Source: Acidimicrobiia bacterium
GTDB lineage: Bacteria > Actinomycetota > Acidimicrobiia > Spongiisociales > SHLN01
Assembly (NCBI GenBank): GCA_029862065.1
Contig: JAOTYB010000001.1
Coordinates: 1-45,275 of the forward strand
Reading direction: 5' to 3'
Length of the DNA: 45,275 nt
A program made the translations under genes and the position numbers. Of the stretch, positions 10,340-18,620 are shown in pieces. The notes under the pieces are model-generated. The model saw nothing but the letters and a program-made list of their open reading frames with translations, was not told where the DNA came from and ran no database searches. Position 1 is the stretch's first letter; each line of letters starts with the position of its first letter.

Positions 10340-10795
10340 TTAGCGCTTGGTGTACTGGGTGGCTCGCCGGGCTTTGCGCAGGCCGTACTTCTTGGGCTCA
10401 ACGCGCCGGGAGTCGCGGGTGAGGAAGCCACCCTTCTTGAGGACGTCCCGCAGCTCGGGATCGACCTTTTCCAACGCTCGGGCGATGCCGAGCCGGAGCG
10501 AGTCGATCTGGCCGGTGGTGCCCCCACCTTGGAGCTTGGCATGGATCGCGTAGCGGCCCTCCAGCTCAACAGCCCGCAGGGGCTCAAGCACGCGAACCCG
10601 CATCGCCATGGTCGGGAAGTATTCCTCGAGACGCTTGCCGTTGAGCGTGAACCCGGCCTCGCCCTCTAAGAGACGGACCTGGGCGCGCGAGCGCTTGCGG
10701 CGACCAGTGGCCTGCGCGAGGACTTTCATACCGCCGGCCATCTTTGTGTCGGCGGAGGCCTTCTCGGCGACCGGTTGCTCCTGCGTATCAGTCAT
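10340..10795 (-). CDS. rpsI: 30S ribosomal protein S9 (with an N-terminal extension of about 25 aa)
   Basis: 151 aa. C-terminus ...GFLTRDSRRVEPKKYGLRKARRATQYTKR is canonical S9. TAATG overlap with the rplM stop. Confidence 0.9.
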   Translation of the reverse strand: MTDTQEQPVAEKASADTKMAGGMKVLAQATGRRKRSRAQVRLLEGEAGFTLNGKRLEEYFPTMAMRVRVLEPLRAVELEGRYAIHAKLQGGGTTGQIDSLRLGIARALEKVDPELRDVLKKGGFLTRDSRRVEPKKYGLRKARRATQYTKR

Positions 10796-11253
10796 TACTT
10801 CTCCACTCGTGCGATGTTGAATTCCAGCGGCTGGGGTTTCTGCGAACTCTGTCCGTGGTCCGGGCCGGCGTACACCCGCAGCTTGCGAAACATGGCCCGC
10901 CCGAGCCGATTCTTGGGCAGCATGCCGCGAACCGCTCGCTCGATGATGGCCTCCGGCTTGCGAGCCTGAAGCCGCTCAAAGGACTCAGCCTTTATGCCAC
11001 CCGGGAACCCGCTGTGGCGGTAGTAGATCTTCTGTTCGGATTTGGCCGACGTCACTGCCACCTTCTCGGCGTTCACAATGATCACGTGGTCGCCGACGTC
11101 GAGGTGGGGGGTGTATTGCGGCTTGTGCTTGCCGCGGAGTATGGAGGCAACCTCCGAGGCCAGGCGCCCGAGCGGCAAATCGGTGGCATCTACGGTCCAC
11201 CAGACGCGCTCGATATCGTCGACACGAGGGATATAGGTCTTCTGTTGTTTCAC
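10795..11253 (-). CDS. rplM: 50S ribosomal protein L13
   Basis: ORF 10795..11313 trimmed to the GTG at 11253 ([23 protein letters not shown]). GGGAG lies 10 nt upstream. About 152 aa. Confidence 0.85.
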   Translation of the reverse strand: MKQQKTYIPRVDDIERVWWTVDATDLPLGRLASEVASILRGKHKPQYTPHLDVGDHVIIVNAEKVAVTSAKSEQKIYYRHSGFPGGIKAESFERLQARKPEAIIERAVRGMLPKNRLGRAMFRKLRVYAGPDHGQSSQKPQPLEFNIARVEK

Positions 11254-11423
11254 GCGCACGGAACTCCCAAAAGGATGCGGGAACGCAGGAATGATAGCGG
11301 GATCTGCGCCCACCGCCAGCGGAAGAGGGCTATTCGGCCACGGACCGCGCAGTTGTCGCCGGTGCGCAGGACGCAGGACGCCGGACGCAGTAAGGCAGAG
11401 GTCCGAGGCCGTGCACCAGCAAG

Positions 11424-11520
11424 GTATTGCCTATTGCCTATTGCCTATTGCCCATTGCCTATTGCCTAATTGCCTATTGCCTATTGCCTATTGCCTAATT
11501 GCCTATTGCCTATTGCCTTG
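11424..11520. repeat. heptanucleotide tandem array (CTATTGC) x ~13, with two 8-nt variants (CTAATTGC) and one CCATTGC
   Basis: Direct reading. The array starts 15 nt after the truA stop and about 170 nt upstream of the rplM start. A short (GCAGGAC)x3-like run lies at 11364..11390. Confidence 0.9.
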
Positions 11521-11535
11521 CCGGCCCGATCTGAC

Positions 11536-12285
11536 CTAGAGACCCTGGTCATGCGGGTAGTGAACCTTCCACAGGAAGAGTCCACGGGCCGGAGCCGCCC
11601 CCTGGGCCGCATTGCGGTCGCCGCCTGTCAGCAACTCCTTCATATCGCCTGGCTCCCCATTGCTGCGGCCGATTTCGACGCACATCGCAACAATCGAGCG
11701 CACCATCTGATGGCAGAAGGCATTGGCCGTGACCCCAAACACCATCATGTCATCCTCCTCCGCCCGCCAATTGGCCTCAGAAATGGAGCGAATAGTCGAC
11801 TTGCCGGCACGTTTCCGACAGAACGCCGCAAAATCGTGATCCCCGATGACGTGGGCTGCCGCTTCGTTCATCCGGTCAAGTTCGACAGGATGCCGGTAGT
11901 GCCAGCTGGTTCGGGCCAGGAAGGGATCCGACCAGCGTCGGTTGAGGAGGAAGTACCGATAGCTGCGGCCGACCGCCGCATATCGGGCGTGGAACTCCGG
12001 CTCAACCTCGGTCACCGATTCGAACATCAGTTCCGGGCCCAGCATCCGATTGAGCGATCGATTGAGCGTGCCGACCCCGACCTGTCGCTCCGCTTCGACA
12101 TTGACCACCTGGTGGCGGGCATGCACTCCGGCGTCGGTGCGGCCCGCGACATGGGTGCGAATCGGGCCGAGCACCGGCACGAGTGCTTCCTGCAGTACGC
12201 CCTGGACGGTGCGCAGCCCCGGCTGGATGGCGTAGCCGTGGAAGTCCGTGCCGTCGTAGGAGAAGTCGAGCCGGTAGTTGGTCAT
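11536..12285 (-). CDS. truA: tRNA pseudouridine(38-40) synthase
   Basis: 249 aa with the catalytic motif GRTDAGVHA. Synteny rplQ-...-truA. GGAGGAGGAG lies directly upstream of the ATG. Confidence 0.9.
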   Translation of the reverse strand: MTNYRLDFSYDGTDFHGYAIQPGLRTVQGVLQEALVPVLGPIRTHVAGRTDAGVHARHQVVNVEAERQVGVGTLNRSLNRMLGPELMFESVTEVEPEFHARYAAVGRSYRYFLLNRRWSDPFLARTSWHYRHPVELDRMNEAAAHVIGDHDFAAFCRKRAGKSTIRSISEANWRAEEDDMMVFGVTANAFCHQMVRSIVAMCVEIGRSNGEPGDMKELLTGGDRNAAQGAAPARGLFLWKVHYPHDQGL

Positions 12286-12418
12286 CTCCTCCTCCGAAGG
12301 GGGAGGTGCCCCGAAGGGGCGGAGGGGGCGTCACCCCGCCTCCCCGAGAGTGAGGATCCCCAACGCCACACAGGCACCGCCATCACGTCCTCCGGAGAGG
12401 GCCTGTTCCCGGCGACCA

Positions 12419-13012
12419 CTAGAAGCCGGGAATGCCGACCAGCAACACCCACACAAACATCGCCGTTAGCGCCGAGCCGATCGCTCGCTCCTGGGTCATG
12501 TCGAGGTTGGATTGAAAACCTGTGACCATCATCGCCGCCGACCAGATGCCGAGGAAGATGAGGGCTGCCCCAATCGGAAAGCTCAAACGGGCGACGAGTG
12601 GGACCAAAACCAGCGGTGCGTGGGCGTAGCCGGTGATGGGCACAATCGCCCCGAAGTTGACCCGGCTTTCGAAGATGAAGGTTGAGATTGCATACACCGC
12701 ACCCGACCCAATGATCCAAGCGAACCCGCCTGCAATGAACAGTTGGATGAATTGGCTGACCGCATCAAATCCTGTGTCCAGGAAAGGCAGACCACTGGTA
12801 TTGAGTACCGAGGCAAACAGGACCCAGACCGCATACACGAGCCCGACGATGAGCACGGCGTCACCATTGGCGGATTGGTTGAACTGCATCCACACGTAGG
12901 CGTCGCGTTTGAGCTGGAGGGCCTGCCAAAGGCGTTGTGTTTCCATCAGTTCCCTAGAAGATGAAGCCAAGTATGCCGCGGGCGACGACGTAGACAATCC
13001 AACCGATGACAA
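12419..13012 (-). CDS. Yip1-domain membrane protein, C-terminal body; the N-terminal part of the family appears upstream in two other frames (see finding)
   Basis: Multi-TM ORF (..ITGYAHAPLVLVPL..IWSAAMMVTGFQSNLDMTQERAIGSAL..) resembling bacterial Yip1-family proteins. The most likely internal start is the ATG at 12946 (METQRLW). Confidence 0.55.
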   Translation of the reverse strand: MSSVGLSTSSPAAYLASSSRELMETQRLWQALQLKRDAYVWMQFNQSANGDAVLIVGLVYAVWVLFASVLNTSGLPFLDTGFDAVSQFIQLFIAGGFAWIIGSGAVYAISTFIFESRVNFGAIVPITGYAHAPLVLVPLVARLSFPIGAALIFLGIWSAAMMVTGFQSNLDMTQERAIGSALTAMFVWVLLVGIPGF

Positions 13013-13209
13013 CGGTGCCGACCGCCTTCTCCGGTATAACCGCGATCGGCTTCGACAGTCTCATACAGGTCGGCGTCAAGCTTGGCCGCCCGAATCATGC
13101 GTTGAAGCATTGGCTTTCCTTTTCCGTGATGTAGCAGAGTCCAGACTAGTTTTTCGCGGTCTACGGGGCAATGGGAGCCCTGGGGAACCTGCCGACCGAG
13201 GAGAGACGC

Positions 13210-13344
13210 GGCTACCAGCTACCAGTCGCCAGTTATTTCAATGTCGCAACCAGATTCCGCAGAGGCAACTAACGCCGTTCAGATTGATAACCCCGACAGA
13301 GGGAAGTCGATTCAGGGAGAACTGGTAGCTGGTAGCTGGTAGCC
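13210..13344 (+). repeat. intergenic repeat element, copy A (135 bp), with terminal inverted heptamer arrays
   Basis: Left end GGCTACCAGCTACCAG (13210..13225). Right end CTGGTAGCTGGTAGCTGGTAGCC (13322..13344). By eye about 80 percent identical over its full length to the reverse complement of 16787..16922. Confidence 0.8.
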
Positions 13345-13387
13345 GGCCGGCCTACTCGACGGCGACCCCTCGACCCAGCTCAACGAG

Positions 13388-13459
13388 CACCGCTCAGATT
13401 GATGACCCCGACAGAAGGAAGGCAATTCAGGGAGAGCTGGTAGCTGGTAGCTGGTAGCC
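13388..13459 (+). repeat. intergenic repeat element, partial copy A' (right half only)
   Basis: CACCGCTCAGATTGATGACCCCGACAGAAGGAAGGCAATTCAGGGAGAGCTGGTAGCTGGTAGCTGGTAGCC aligns with the right half of copy A. It ends 5 nt from the rplQ stop codon. Confidence 0.75.
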
Positions 13460-13464
13460 GCCCG

Positions 13465-13836
13465 CTACTCGGAGACCGAAGATCCCTCGACCAGCTCGAT
13501 CAAAGCCATCTCCGCCCCGTCGCCTCGGCGGGGGCCAAGTTTGAGGATGCGGGTGTAGCCGCCGGGTCGGTCGACGTAGCGAGGAGCGACCTCATCCATC
13601 AACTTCGTCACAACCTCAATGTCGTGAATGTGACGGAGGATCATCCGTCGGTCGTGGAGCGTGCCTTTACGGGCCTTGGTGATGAGTTTCTCCGCGTACG
13701 GCCGCAGCACCTTGGCTTTGGTGACGGTGGTCTCAATCCGGCCATCCCAGAACAAGGAGGCAGCCAGATTCGCCAGCATATGCCTCTGGTGCGAGGGGCT
13801 CTTGCCGAGCCGCTTACCCTTCCTGGGACGAGGCAT
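13465..13836 (-). CDS. rplQ: 50S ribosomal protein L17
   Basis: 123 aa, [29 protein letters not shown]... Follows rpoA. Confidence 0.9.
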   Translation of the reverse strand: MPRPRKGKRLGKSPSHQRHMLANLAASLFWDGRIETTVTKAKVLRPYAEKLITKARKGTLHDRRMILRHIHDIEVVTKLMDEVAPRYVDRPGGYTRILKLGPRRGDGAEMALIELVEGSSVSE

Positions 13837-13842
13837 AGCGCC

Positions 13843-14820
13843 TTAGATCCCTTCCTCTTCTGTCTGAGCGGCGGGATCGTCGTCGCGTGACTGACGGAGC
13901 GAAAGACCCAGCTCGTCGAGCTTGGCCGCGACTTCCTCAAGGCTCTTTTGGCCGAAGTTGGTGATGTTGAGGAGGTCGTCCTCGGTCCGCATCACCAGCT
14001 CACCAACCGTCTTGACCTGCGCCCGGCGCAGGCAGTTGCGGGGGCGCTCGGACAAGTCGAGGGCTTCGATCGGAAGATCCAGGTCGGGTGAGCCGGACTC
14101 GGCCTCCACGACATCTCCGAGCTCGAGGCCGATACCTTCGCCCTCGCCGACGTCGGCGAAGAGACCAAGCAGCTCTCGCAGAGTCTTGCCGGCGGACGAG
14201 ATCGCCTCAGTGGGGTCCATGGAACCATTGGTTTCCACGTCCACGACGAGACTGTCGAAGTTGGTCATCTGCCCGACCTGGGTGGCACCGACCTCGTAGG
14301 TGACTTTGCGCACCGGCGAGAAGATCGAATCGATGGGGATGATTCCAATGGTGTCGCCTTTTTTGTTCTTCTCGGCGGTCCGGTACCCAACGCCGCGTTC
14401 GGCGGTGACTTCCATCTCCAGCTTTCCCGAAGCCGACAGGCTGGCAATCACCTGGCCGGGATTGACGATCTCAACACCAGCGGGGAGCTTGAACTGCTTG
14501 GCCTTCACCGGTCCCGCCCCTTTGGCGGAAAGGAACATGGTCTGGGTGTCCTCGACCTCCATGCGCAGAACGATCTGCTTCAGGTTGAGGATGATGTCGA
14601 CCACGTCCTCTTTGACGCCTTCGACGGTCGAGAATTCGTGAAGCACACCCTCCATCCGAACCGACGTGATGGCAGCTCCCGGGATACGGGAGAGCAGGGT
14701 CCGCCGGAGCGTATTGCCGAGGGTGTAGCCGAAGCCCGGCTCGAGAGGCTCGATGACGAACCGGGAGCGGGTATCGCTGACCTGCTCCTCGTGGATCTGT
14801 GGGCGCTGAACGATGAGCAC
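13843..14820 (-). CDS. rpoA: DNA-directed RNA polymerase subunit alpha
   Basis: ORF 13843..14937 trimmed to the GTG at 14820 (VLIVQRPQIHEEQV...FVIEPLEPGFGYTLGNTLRRTLLS). GGAGGGAG lies upstream. Confidence 0.9.
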   Translation of the reverse strand: MLIVQRPQIHEEQVSDTRSRFVIEPLEPGFGYTLGNTLRRTLLSRIPGAAITSVRMEGVLHEFSTVEGVKEDVVDIILNLKQIVLRMEVEDTQTMFLSAKGAGPVKAKQFKLPAGVEIVNPGQVIASLSASGKLEMEVTAERGVGYRTAEKNKKGDTIGIIPIDSIFSPVRKVTYEVGATQVGQMTNFDSLVVDVETNGSMDPTEAISSAGKTLRELLGLFADVGEGEGIGLELGDVVEAESGSPDLDLPIEALDLSERPRNCLRRAQVKTVGELVMRTEDDLLNITNFGQKSLEEVAAKLDELGLSLRQSRDDDPAAQTEEEGI

Positions 14821-14833
14821 TTGGCTCCCTCCG

Positions 14834-15460
14834 TTACTTTGAGTAGAGCTCAACGATGAGCTGTTCTTGGATTTGGGTGTCGACTTGGGTCCGATCCGGG
14901 AGATCCCGAACGGTGACTTTCTTGTTCTCGGCATCAACCTCGAGCCATTCCGGGATACCGGTGGTGCCGATCGTGTCGATAGCGTGATCTACGGTCACCA
15001 TGTCCCGGCTGCGCTCACGCAACTCGAGTTCGGTTCCGGGACGGACTCGGATAGACGGCTTGTCCACCCGTCGACCGTCGACCAGCACGTGCCCATGGGA
15101 TACCAGCTGCCGGGCCTGGGCACGGGAGGTGGCGAAGTTCGAGCGGTACATGACGTTGTCGAGCCTGCTCTCAAGAATCTGGAGCAGGTTCTCACCGGTG
15201 ATGCCGCCCCGGCGGGCCGCCTCCTTGTAGTAGTTGCGGAACTGCTTCTCGAGCACTCCGTAGATGCGGCGGGCCTTCTGCTTTTCCCGCAACTGAATGA
15301 GGTACTGCGTCTCTTTGATGCGGCCGCGACCATGCTCACCCGGTGGATACGGCCGAGTCTCGATGGCGCACTTGGACGACTCGCAGCGGGCGCCCTTGAG
15401 GAACAACTTGGTGCGCTCACGACGGCACAGCTTGCAGACGGGTCCGGTGTAGCGAGCCAC
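14834..15460 (-). CDS. rpsD: 30S ribosomal protein S4
   Basis: ORF trimmed to the GTG at 15460 ([15 protein letters not shown]...). TAGTG overlap with the rpsK stop. About 208 aa. Confidence 0.9.
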   Translation of the reverse strand: MARYTGPVCKLCRRERTKLFLKGARCESSKCAIETRPYPPGEHGRGRIKETQYLIQLREKQKARRIYGVLEKQFRNYYKEAARRGGITGENLLQILESRLDNVMYRSNFATSRAQARQLVSHGHVLVDGRRVDKPSIRVRPGTELELRERSRDMVTVDHAIDTIGTTGIPEWLEVDAENKKVTVRDLPDRTQVDTQIQEQLIVELYSK

Positions 15461-16089
15461 TAGCCGTGCCTCCGCTTCTTGGGTCGGCAACCATTGTGGG
15501 GCAGCGGGGTGACGTCCTTGATCCCGGTTACCTCAAGGCCCATGGCCTGCAGGGTGCGGACGGCGGTCTCACGGCCGGAGCCGGAACCGCGAACGATGAC
15601 GTCGACCTTGCGGATCCCGTACTCACCGGCCTGGCGGGCGGCCTGCTCGGCGGCCACCTGGGCGGCATAGGGGGTCGACTTGCGTGAACCCTTGAAGCCC
15701 ACCGACCCGCCCGAAGTCCAGAGGATGGTGTTGCCCTGGAGATCGGAGATGGTGATGACGGTGTTGTTGAAGGTGGCTCGGATGTGGGCCTGGCCATGCG
15801 AAAGCATCCGACGCTCGCGCCGGCGAGACCGAGCCGCTTTCTCGTCGACGGGTGGGGCCGGAGCCTCGCCCTCATCCGCAGCAGCCTCGGCGGCAGGCGC
15901 CTCAGCACCCGGAGCGTCAGGAGTAGGCGCCTCAGCAGCCGGAGCCTCAGCAGCCGGAGCCTCATCGGCCGCCGGTGCGGCTGTCTCGGTCGCCTCTGGC
16001 TGGGAGCCGGTTTCAGGCAGCTGGTCGCCTGTCGGTTCGACCACGGCGTCCTCGCCTGCCGGTACCTCTGGAATCTCTGGTGTCGTCAC
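15460..16089 (-). CDS. rpsK: 30S ribosomal protein S11 with an N-terminal Ala/Pro/Glu-rich extension of about 80 aa
   Basis: The C-terminal ~125 aa are canonical S11 ([18 protein letters not shown]...[17 protein letters not shown]...[18 protein letters not shown]). The GTG at 16089 overlaps the rpsM stop (GTGA). A shorter product from the internal ATG (MLSHGQAHI) cannot be excluded. Confidence 0.85.
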   Translation of the reverse strand: MTTPEIPEVPAGEDAVVEPTGDQLPETGSQPEATETAAPAADEAPAAEAPAAEAPTPDAPGAEAPAAEAAADEGEAPAPPVDEKAARSRRRERRMLSHGQAHIRATFNNTVITISDLQGNTILWTSGGSVGFKGSRKSTPYAAQVAAEQAARQAGEYGIRKVDVIVRGSGSGRETAVRTLQAMGLEVTGIKDVTPLPHNGCRPKKRRHG

Positions 16090-16466
16090 TTCTTCACAGC
16101 TTTCTTCCTGCCGGCGATGGCATGCCGGGGGCCCTTGCGAGTCCTGGCGTTGGTGTGGGTCCGCTGGCCGCGAACCGGGAGACCCTTGCGGTGACGAATG
16201 CCCTGAAAGGAACCGATGTCGATCTTGCGCTTGATGTTCTGAGCAACCTCACGGCGCAGGTCACCTTCAACGTTGAAGTTCTGCTCGATCGCCTGGCGGA
16301 TCTTGACGATCTCCTCTTCGGTGAGATCTCTCACTTTGACGTCAGGGGAGATTTCCGCCAGCTCGCAGATGAGTTTCGAGCGGGTGGCGCCAACTCCATA
16401 GATGTAGGTAAAGGCGATCTCCGCTCGCTTGTCTCTGGGGAGGTCAACTCCTGAAATCCGTGCCAT
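16086..16466 (-). CDS. rpsM: 30S ribosomal protein S13
   Basis: 126 aa, [26 protein letters not shown]... Confidence 0.9.
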   Translation of the reverse strand: MARISGVDLPRDKRAEIAFTYIYGVGATRSKLICELAEISPDVKVRDLTEEEIVKIRQAIEQNFNVEGDLRREVAQNIKRKIDIGSFQGIRHRKGLPVRGQRTHTNARTRKGPRHAIAGRKKAVKK

Positions 16467-16469
16467 TTG

Positions 16470-16586
16470 CTATCCCTGTCGCTGCTTATGCCGGGGGTTG
16501 GCGGGGCAGATCACCCATACGCGGCCGTGCCGTCGGATGACCCGACAACGCTCGCACATTCTCTTGGCCGATGGTCGAACTTTCAT
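16470..16586 (-). CDS. rpmJ: 50S ribosomal protein L36 (zinc-ribbon form)
   Basis: Own translation gives [38 protein letters not shown]. It is below the ORF-track length cut-off and lies 3 nt upstream of rpsM. Confidence 0.85.
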   Translation of the reverse strand: MKVRPSAKRMCERCRVIRRHGRVWVICPANPRHKQRQG

Positions 16587-16745
16587 GCGTCCCGCTGTTT
16601 CGTCGAGAGAGGCAAGCGCACGGTTCCAGGCAGCATTCCATTTGCGGATCTCCCGGGGTGAGCGAGCGAGCAGGCTCTCGATCTCAAAATTACGTCGTCT
16701 TACTCACCACGAACCTCATGAACCCCGCGGCAAGCCAGACGAGCA

Positions 16746-16775
16746 ATGATAGCCAGCGTTTATGGCTAACAGCAA
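16746..16775 (-). promoter_or_regulatory. candidate sigma-A type promoter for the rpmJ-rpsM-rpsK-rpsD-rpoA-rplQ unit
   Basis: The minus strand reads TTGCTG-N18-TATCAT in a locally AT-richer stretch about 160 nt upstream of rpmJ. This is a pattern match only. Confidence 0.3.
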
Positions 16776-16786
16776 GCTGAATAAAG

Positions 16787-16922
16787 CTGCCAGCTACCAG
16801 CTACCAGTTCACCCCGAATCGAACTTCCTTTTGGTCGGGGTCGTCAATCTTGAACGGCGGTTGCTGCCTCTGCGGAGTCTGGTTGAAGGCCAGAGATGAC
16901 TGGCGACTGGAAGCTGGCAGCC
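16787..16922 (-). repeat. intergenic repeat element, copy B (136 bp; orientation opposite to copy A)
   Basis: The reverse complement reads GGCTGCCAGCTTCCAGTCGCCAGTC...CCGCAGAGGCAGCAACCGCCGTTCAAGATTGACGACCCCGACC...GAACTGGTAGCTGGTAGCTGGCAGC, colinear with copy A. It starts 5 nt after the map stop codon. Confidence 0.8.
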
Positions 16923-16927
16923 ATCCG

Positions 16928-17677
16928 CTAGCCCTCCCGGGTCATTACCTCAACCCCGCTGGGGGTTATCGCGATGGTGTTTTCGAAGTGGGCGGACAGA
17001 CTGCCGTCGGCGGTGGTGACGGTCCAGCCGTCGTCCTGCAATTCAGTTCGCCAATCCCCCATGTTGACCATCGGCTCGATACAAATGGCCATGCCTTCCT
17101 TGAGTTTCATGCCCTTTCCGGCCTCGCCATAATTGGGTATTTGTGGTTCCTCGTGCATTTGCTTGCCGATTCCGTGTCCGACGTACTCCCGAACCACGGA
17201 GAATCCGGCCCCCTCAGCTACCTGTTGAACGGCCGCTCCGATGTCGCCGATGCGGGCACCGGCCTTCACCTGTTCAATCCCGGCCTCCATCGACTCCTCG
17301 GTGGCCCGGATCAGCTTGGCTACCTCGTCGGGAACATCGCCGATGGGGAGTGTTCGGGCAGCATCACCGTGGTAACCCTCGAAGATGGCGCCCACATCGA
17401 CCGACAGGATGTCCCCGTCTTTGAGTGTGTAGCCGTCAGGGATGCCGTGGACGATGACATTATTCGGTGAGGTGCAGATCGTGGCCGGGTAGCCGTGATA
17501 CCCGAGGAACGAGGGGGTGCAACCGCCGTCGCGGATGATCGCGGCCGCGATCTGGTCGAGATCGTTCATTGTGACACCCGGCTCGGCCGCCTTTCGGAGC
17601 GCGGTCAGGACCTCGGCCACGACTCGGCTGGCGGTCCGCATCTTGGCAAACCCATCGGCGTCCTTGATGGTTATCAC
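16928..17677 (-). CDS. map: type I methionine aminopeptidase
   Basis: 249 aa with metal ligand contexts (..SVDVGA.., ..EYVGHGIG.., ..ICIEPM.., ..HFENT..). Follows adk with a 4-nt overlap. Confidence 0.9.
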   Translation of the reverse strand: MITIKDADGFAKMRTASRVVAEVLTALRKAAEPGVTMNDLDQIAAAIIRDGGCTPSFLGYHGYPATICTSPNNVIVHGIPDGYTLKDGDILSVDVGAIFEGYHGDAARTLPIGDVPDEVAKLIRATEESMEAGIEQVKAGARIGDIGAAVQQVAEGAGFSVVREYVGHGIGKQMHEEPQIPNYGEAGKGMKLKEGMAICIEPMVNMGDWRTELQDDGWTVTTADGSLSAHFENTIAITPSGVEVMTREG

Positions 17678-18237
17678 TCGGCCAGGACCTCGATCACGCG
17701 TCCGAACACCTCGGGGATGGTGCCCAGGCCGTCGAGCCGGGCCAGCCGCCCCTTGGACTCGTAATGCTCGACCAGGGGGGCGGTCTGCTCCTCGTAGACG
17801 GCCAAGCGGGTGCGGATGACCTCCTCGGCGTCGTCGGCCCGGCCCTGCTCGCGCCCCCGGGCGGTAAGCCGATCGACCAATTCGTCTTCGTCCACCTCGA
17901 GCAAGATGGCCAGTTCGAGGACGTCCTCGCCGAGCGCCTCGACCAGATCGTCAACCTGGGCCGGGTTGCGGGGATAGCCGTCGAGCAGGTAACCGCAGGC
18001 GGCATCCTCCTGTCCGAGGCGGTCGATGACCATGGCGGTCACCACCTCATCGGGAACCAGGTCGCCGGCCTCCATGAAGGCTTGCGCCTGACGTCCGAGC
18101 TCGGTGTCGTTGGCCACATTGGCGCGCAGCATGTCACCGGTCGACAGATGAGGAATACCGATCGCCCGCGCCAATCGAGCAGCTTGCGTGCCCTTTCCAG
18201 CCCCGGGAGGGCCCAGCATGAGAAGTTTTCGTCCCAT
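17674..18237 (-). CDS. adk: adenylate kinase
   Basis: ORF 17674..18603 trimmed to the ATG at 18237 (MGRKLLMLGPPGAGKGTQA). About 187 aa. Confidence 0.9.
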   Translation of the reverse strand: MGRKLLMLGPPGAGKGTQAARLARAIGIPHLSTGDMLRANVANDTELGRQAQAFMEAGDLVPDEVVTAMVIDRLGQEDAACGYLLDGYPRNPAQVDDLVEALGEDVLELAILLEVDEDELVDRLTARGREQGRADDAEEVIRTRLAVYEEQTAPLVEHYESKGRLARLDGLGTIPEVFGRVIEVLAE

Positions 18238-18247
18238 AGGCGTGAGG

Positions 18248-18577
18248 TTACTGAGCTTCCGTCTCACGCTGGAGCGCGATTCGGAAGGGGTGGAGGCTGG
18301 CCGTGAAGAGCCCGCTCTCCACGAACGGATCGGCCTCCATAAACGCTCGGGCCTCCTCCTCAGACACCGCTTCGATGATAACGATGGCCGGCCCAATCCC
18401 GTCCTGGCTGCGTCCCGCCATAACCACCACGCCGTCGGCGGCCGCAGCCTGGAGATAGGCAAAGTGATCGGCTCCCACCTGGTTGTCATCGTCCGTCCAG
18501 GCTGAGGGGTCGGTGGCCAACTGAGGTCGGTCACCGGACTGGAAGTGATAGAGAAACTGCTGGGTATCACCGGCCAT
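18248..18577 (-). CDS. YciI-family protein
   Basis: ORF 18248..18703. The likely start is the ATG at 18577 (MAGDTQQFLYHF). Pattern ..H..YL......G....AG.....G.AIVIIEA.SEEEARAFMEADPFV.SGL......PF is typical of the YCII fold. An alternative ATG lies at 18622. Confidence 0.6.
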   Translation of the reverse strand: MAGDTQQFLYHFQSGDRPQLATDPSAWTDDDNQVGADHFAYLQAAAADGVVVMAGRSQDGIGPAIVIIEAVSEEEARAFMEADPFVESGLFTASLHPFRIALQRETEAQ

Positions 18578-18620
18578 CCCCGCATCGTAGATCGTCCATC
18601 CACGGCCTACCCTGCAGACC

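Noticed and set aside
12286-12418. G-rich and mirror-repeat stretch (GGGGCGGAGGGGGCGTCACCCCGCCTCCCC) between the Yip1-like gene and truA, considered as a G-quadruplex or terminator
   Set aside because: The two halves form a mirror repeat rather than an inverted repeat, so no long hairpin forms. Only small UUCG-type hairpins next to the truA Shine-Dalgarno are possible. Nothing here goes beyond ordinary high-GC spacer sequence.
11470-12525. Plus-strand ORF of 351 aa beginning inside the CTATTGC array
   Set aside because: It is antisense to truA. Its N-terminus is the translated heptamer repeat (..[15 protein letters not shown]..).
13843-14937. Long N-terminal extensions offered by the ORF track for rpoA, adk (17674..18603), rpsH (23565..24371), rpsQ, rpmD, rplB, rpsL, glmS, acpS, tsaB and the S58 peptidase
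   Set aside because: In each case a conserved family N-terminus starts at an internal ATG or GTG. That codon has a Shine-Dalgarno and/or overlaps the upstream stop codon. The extensions also overlap the upstream gene.
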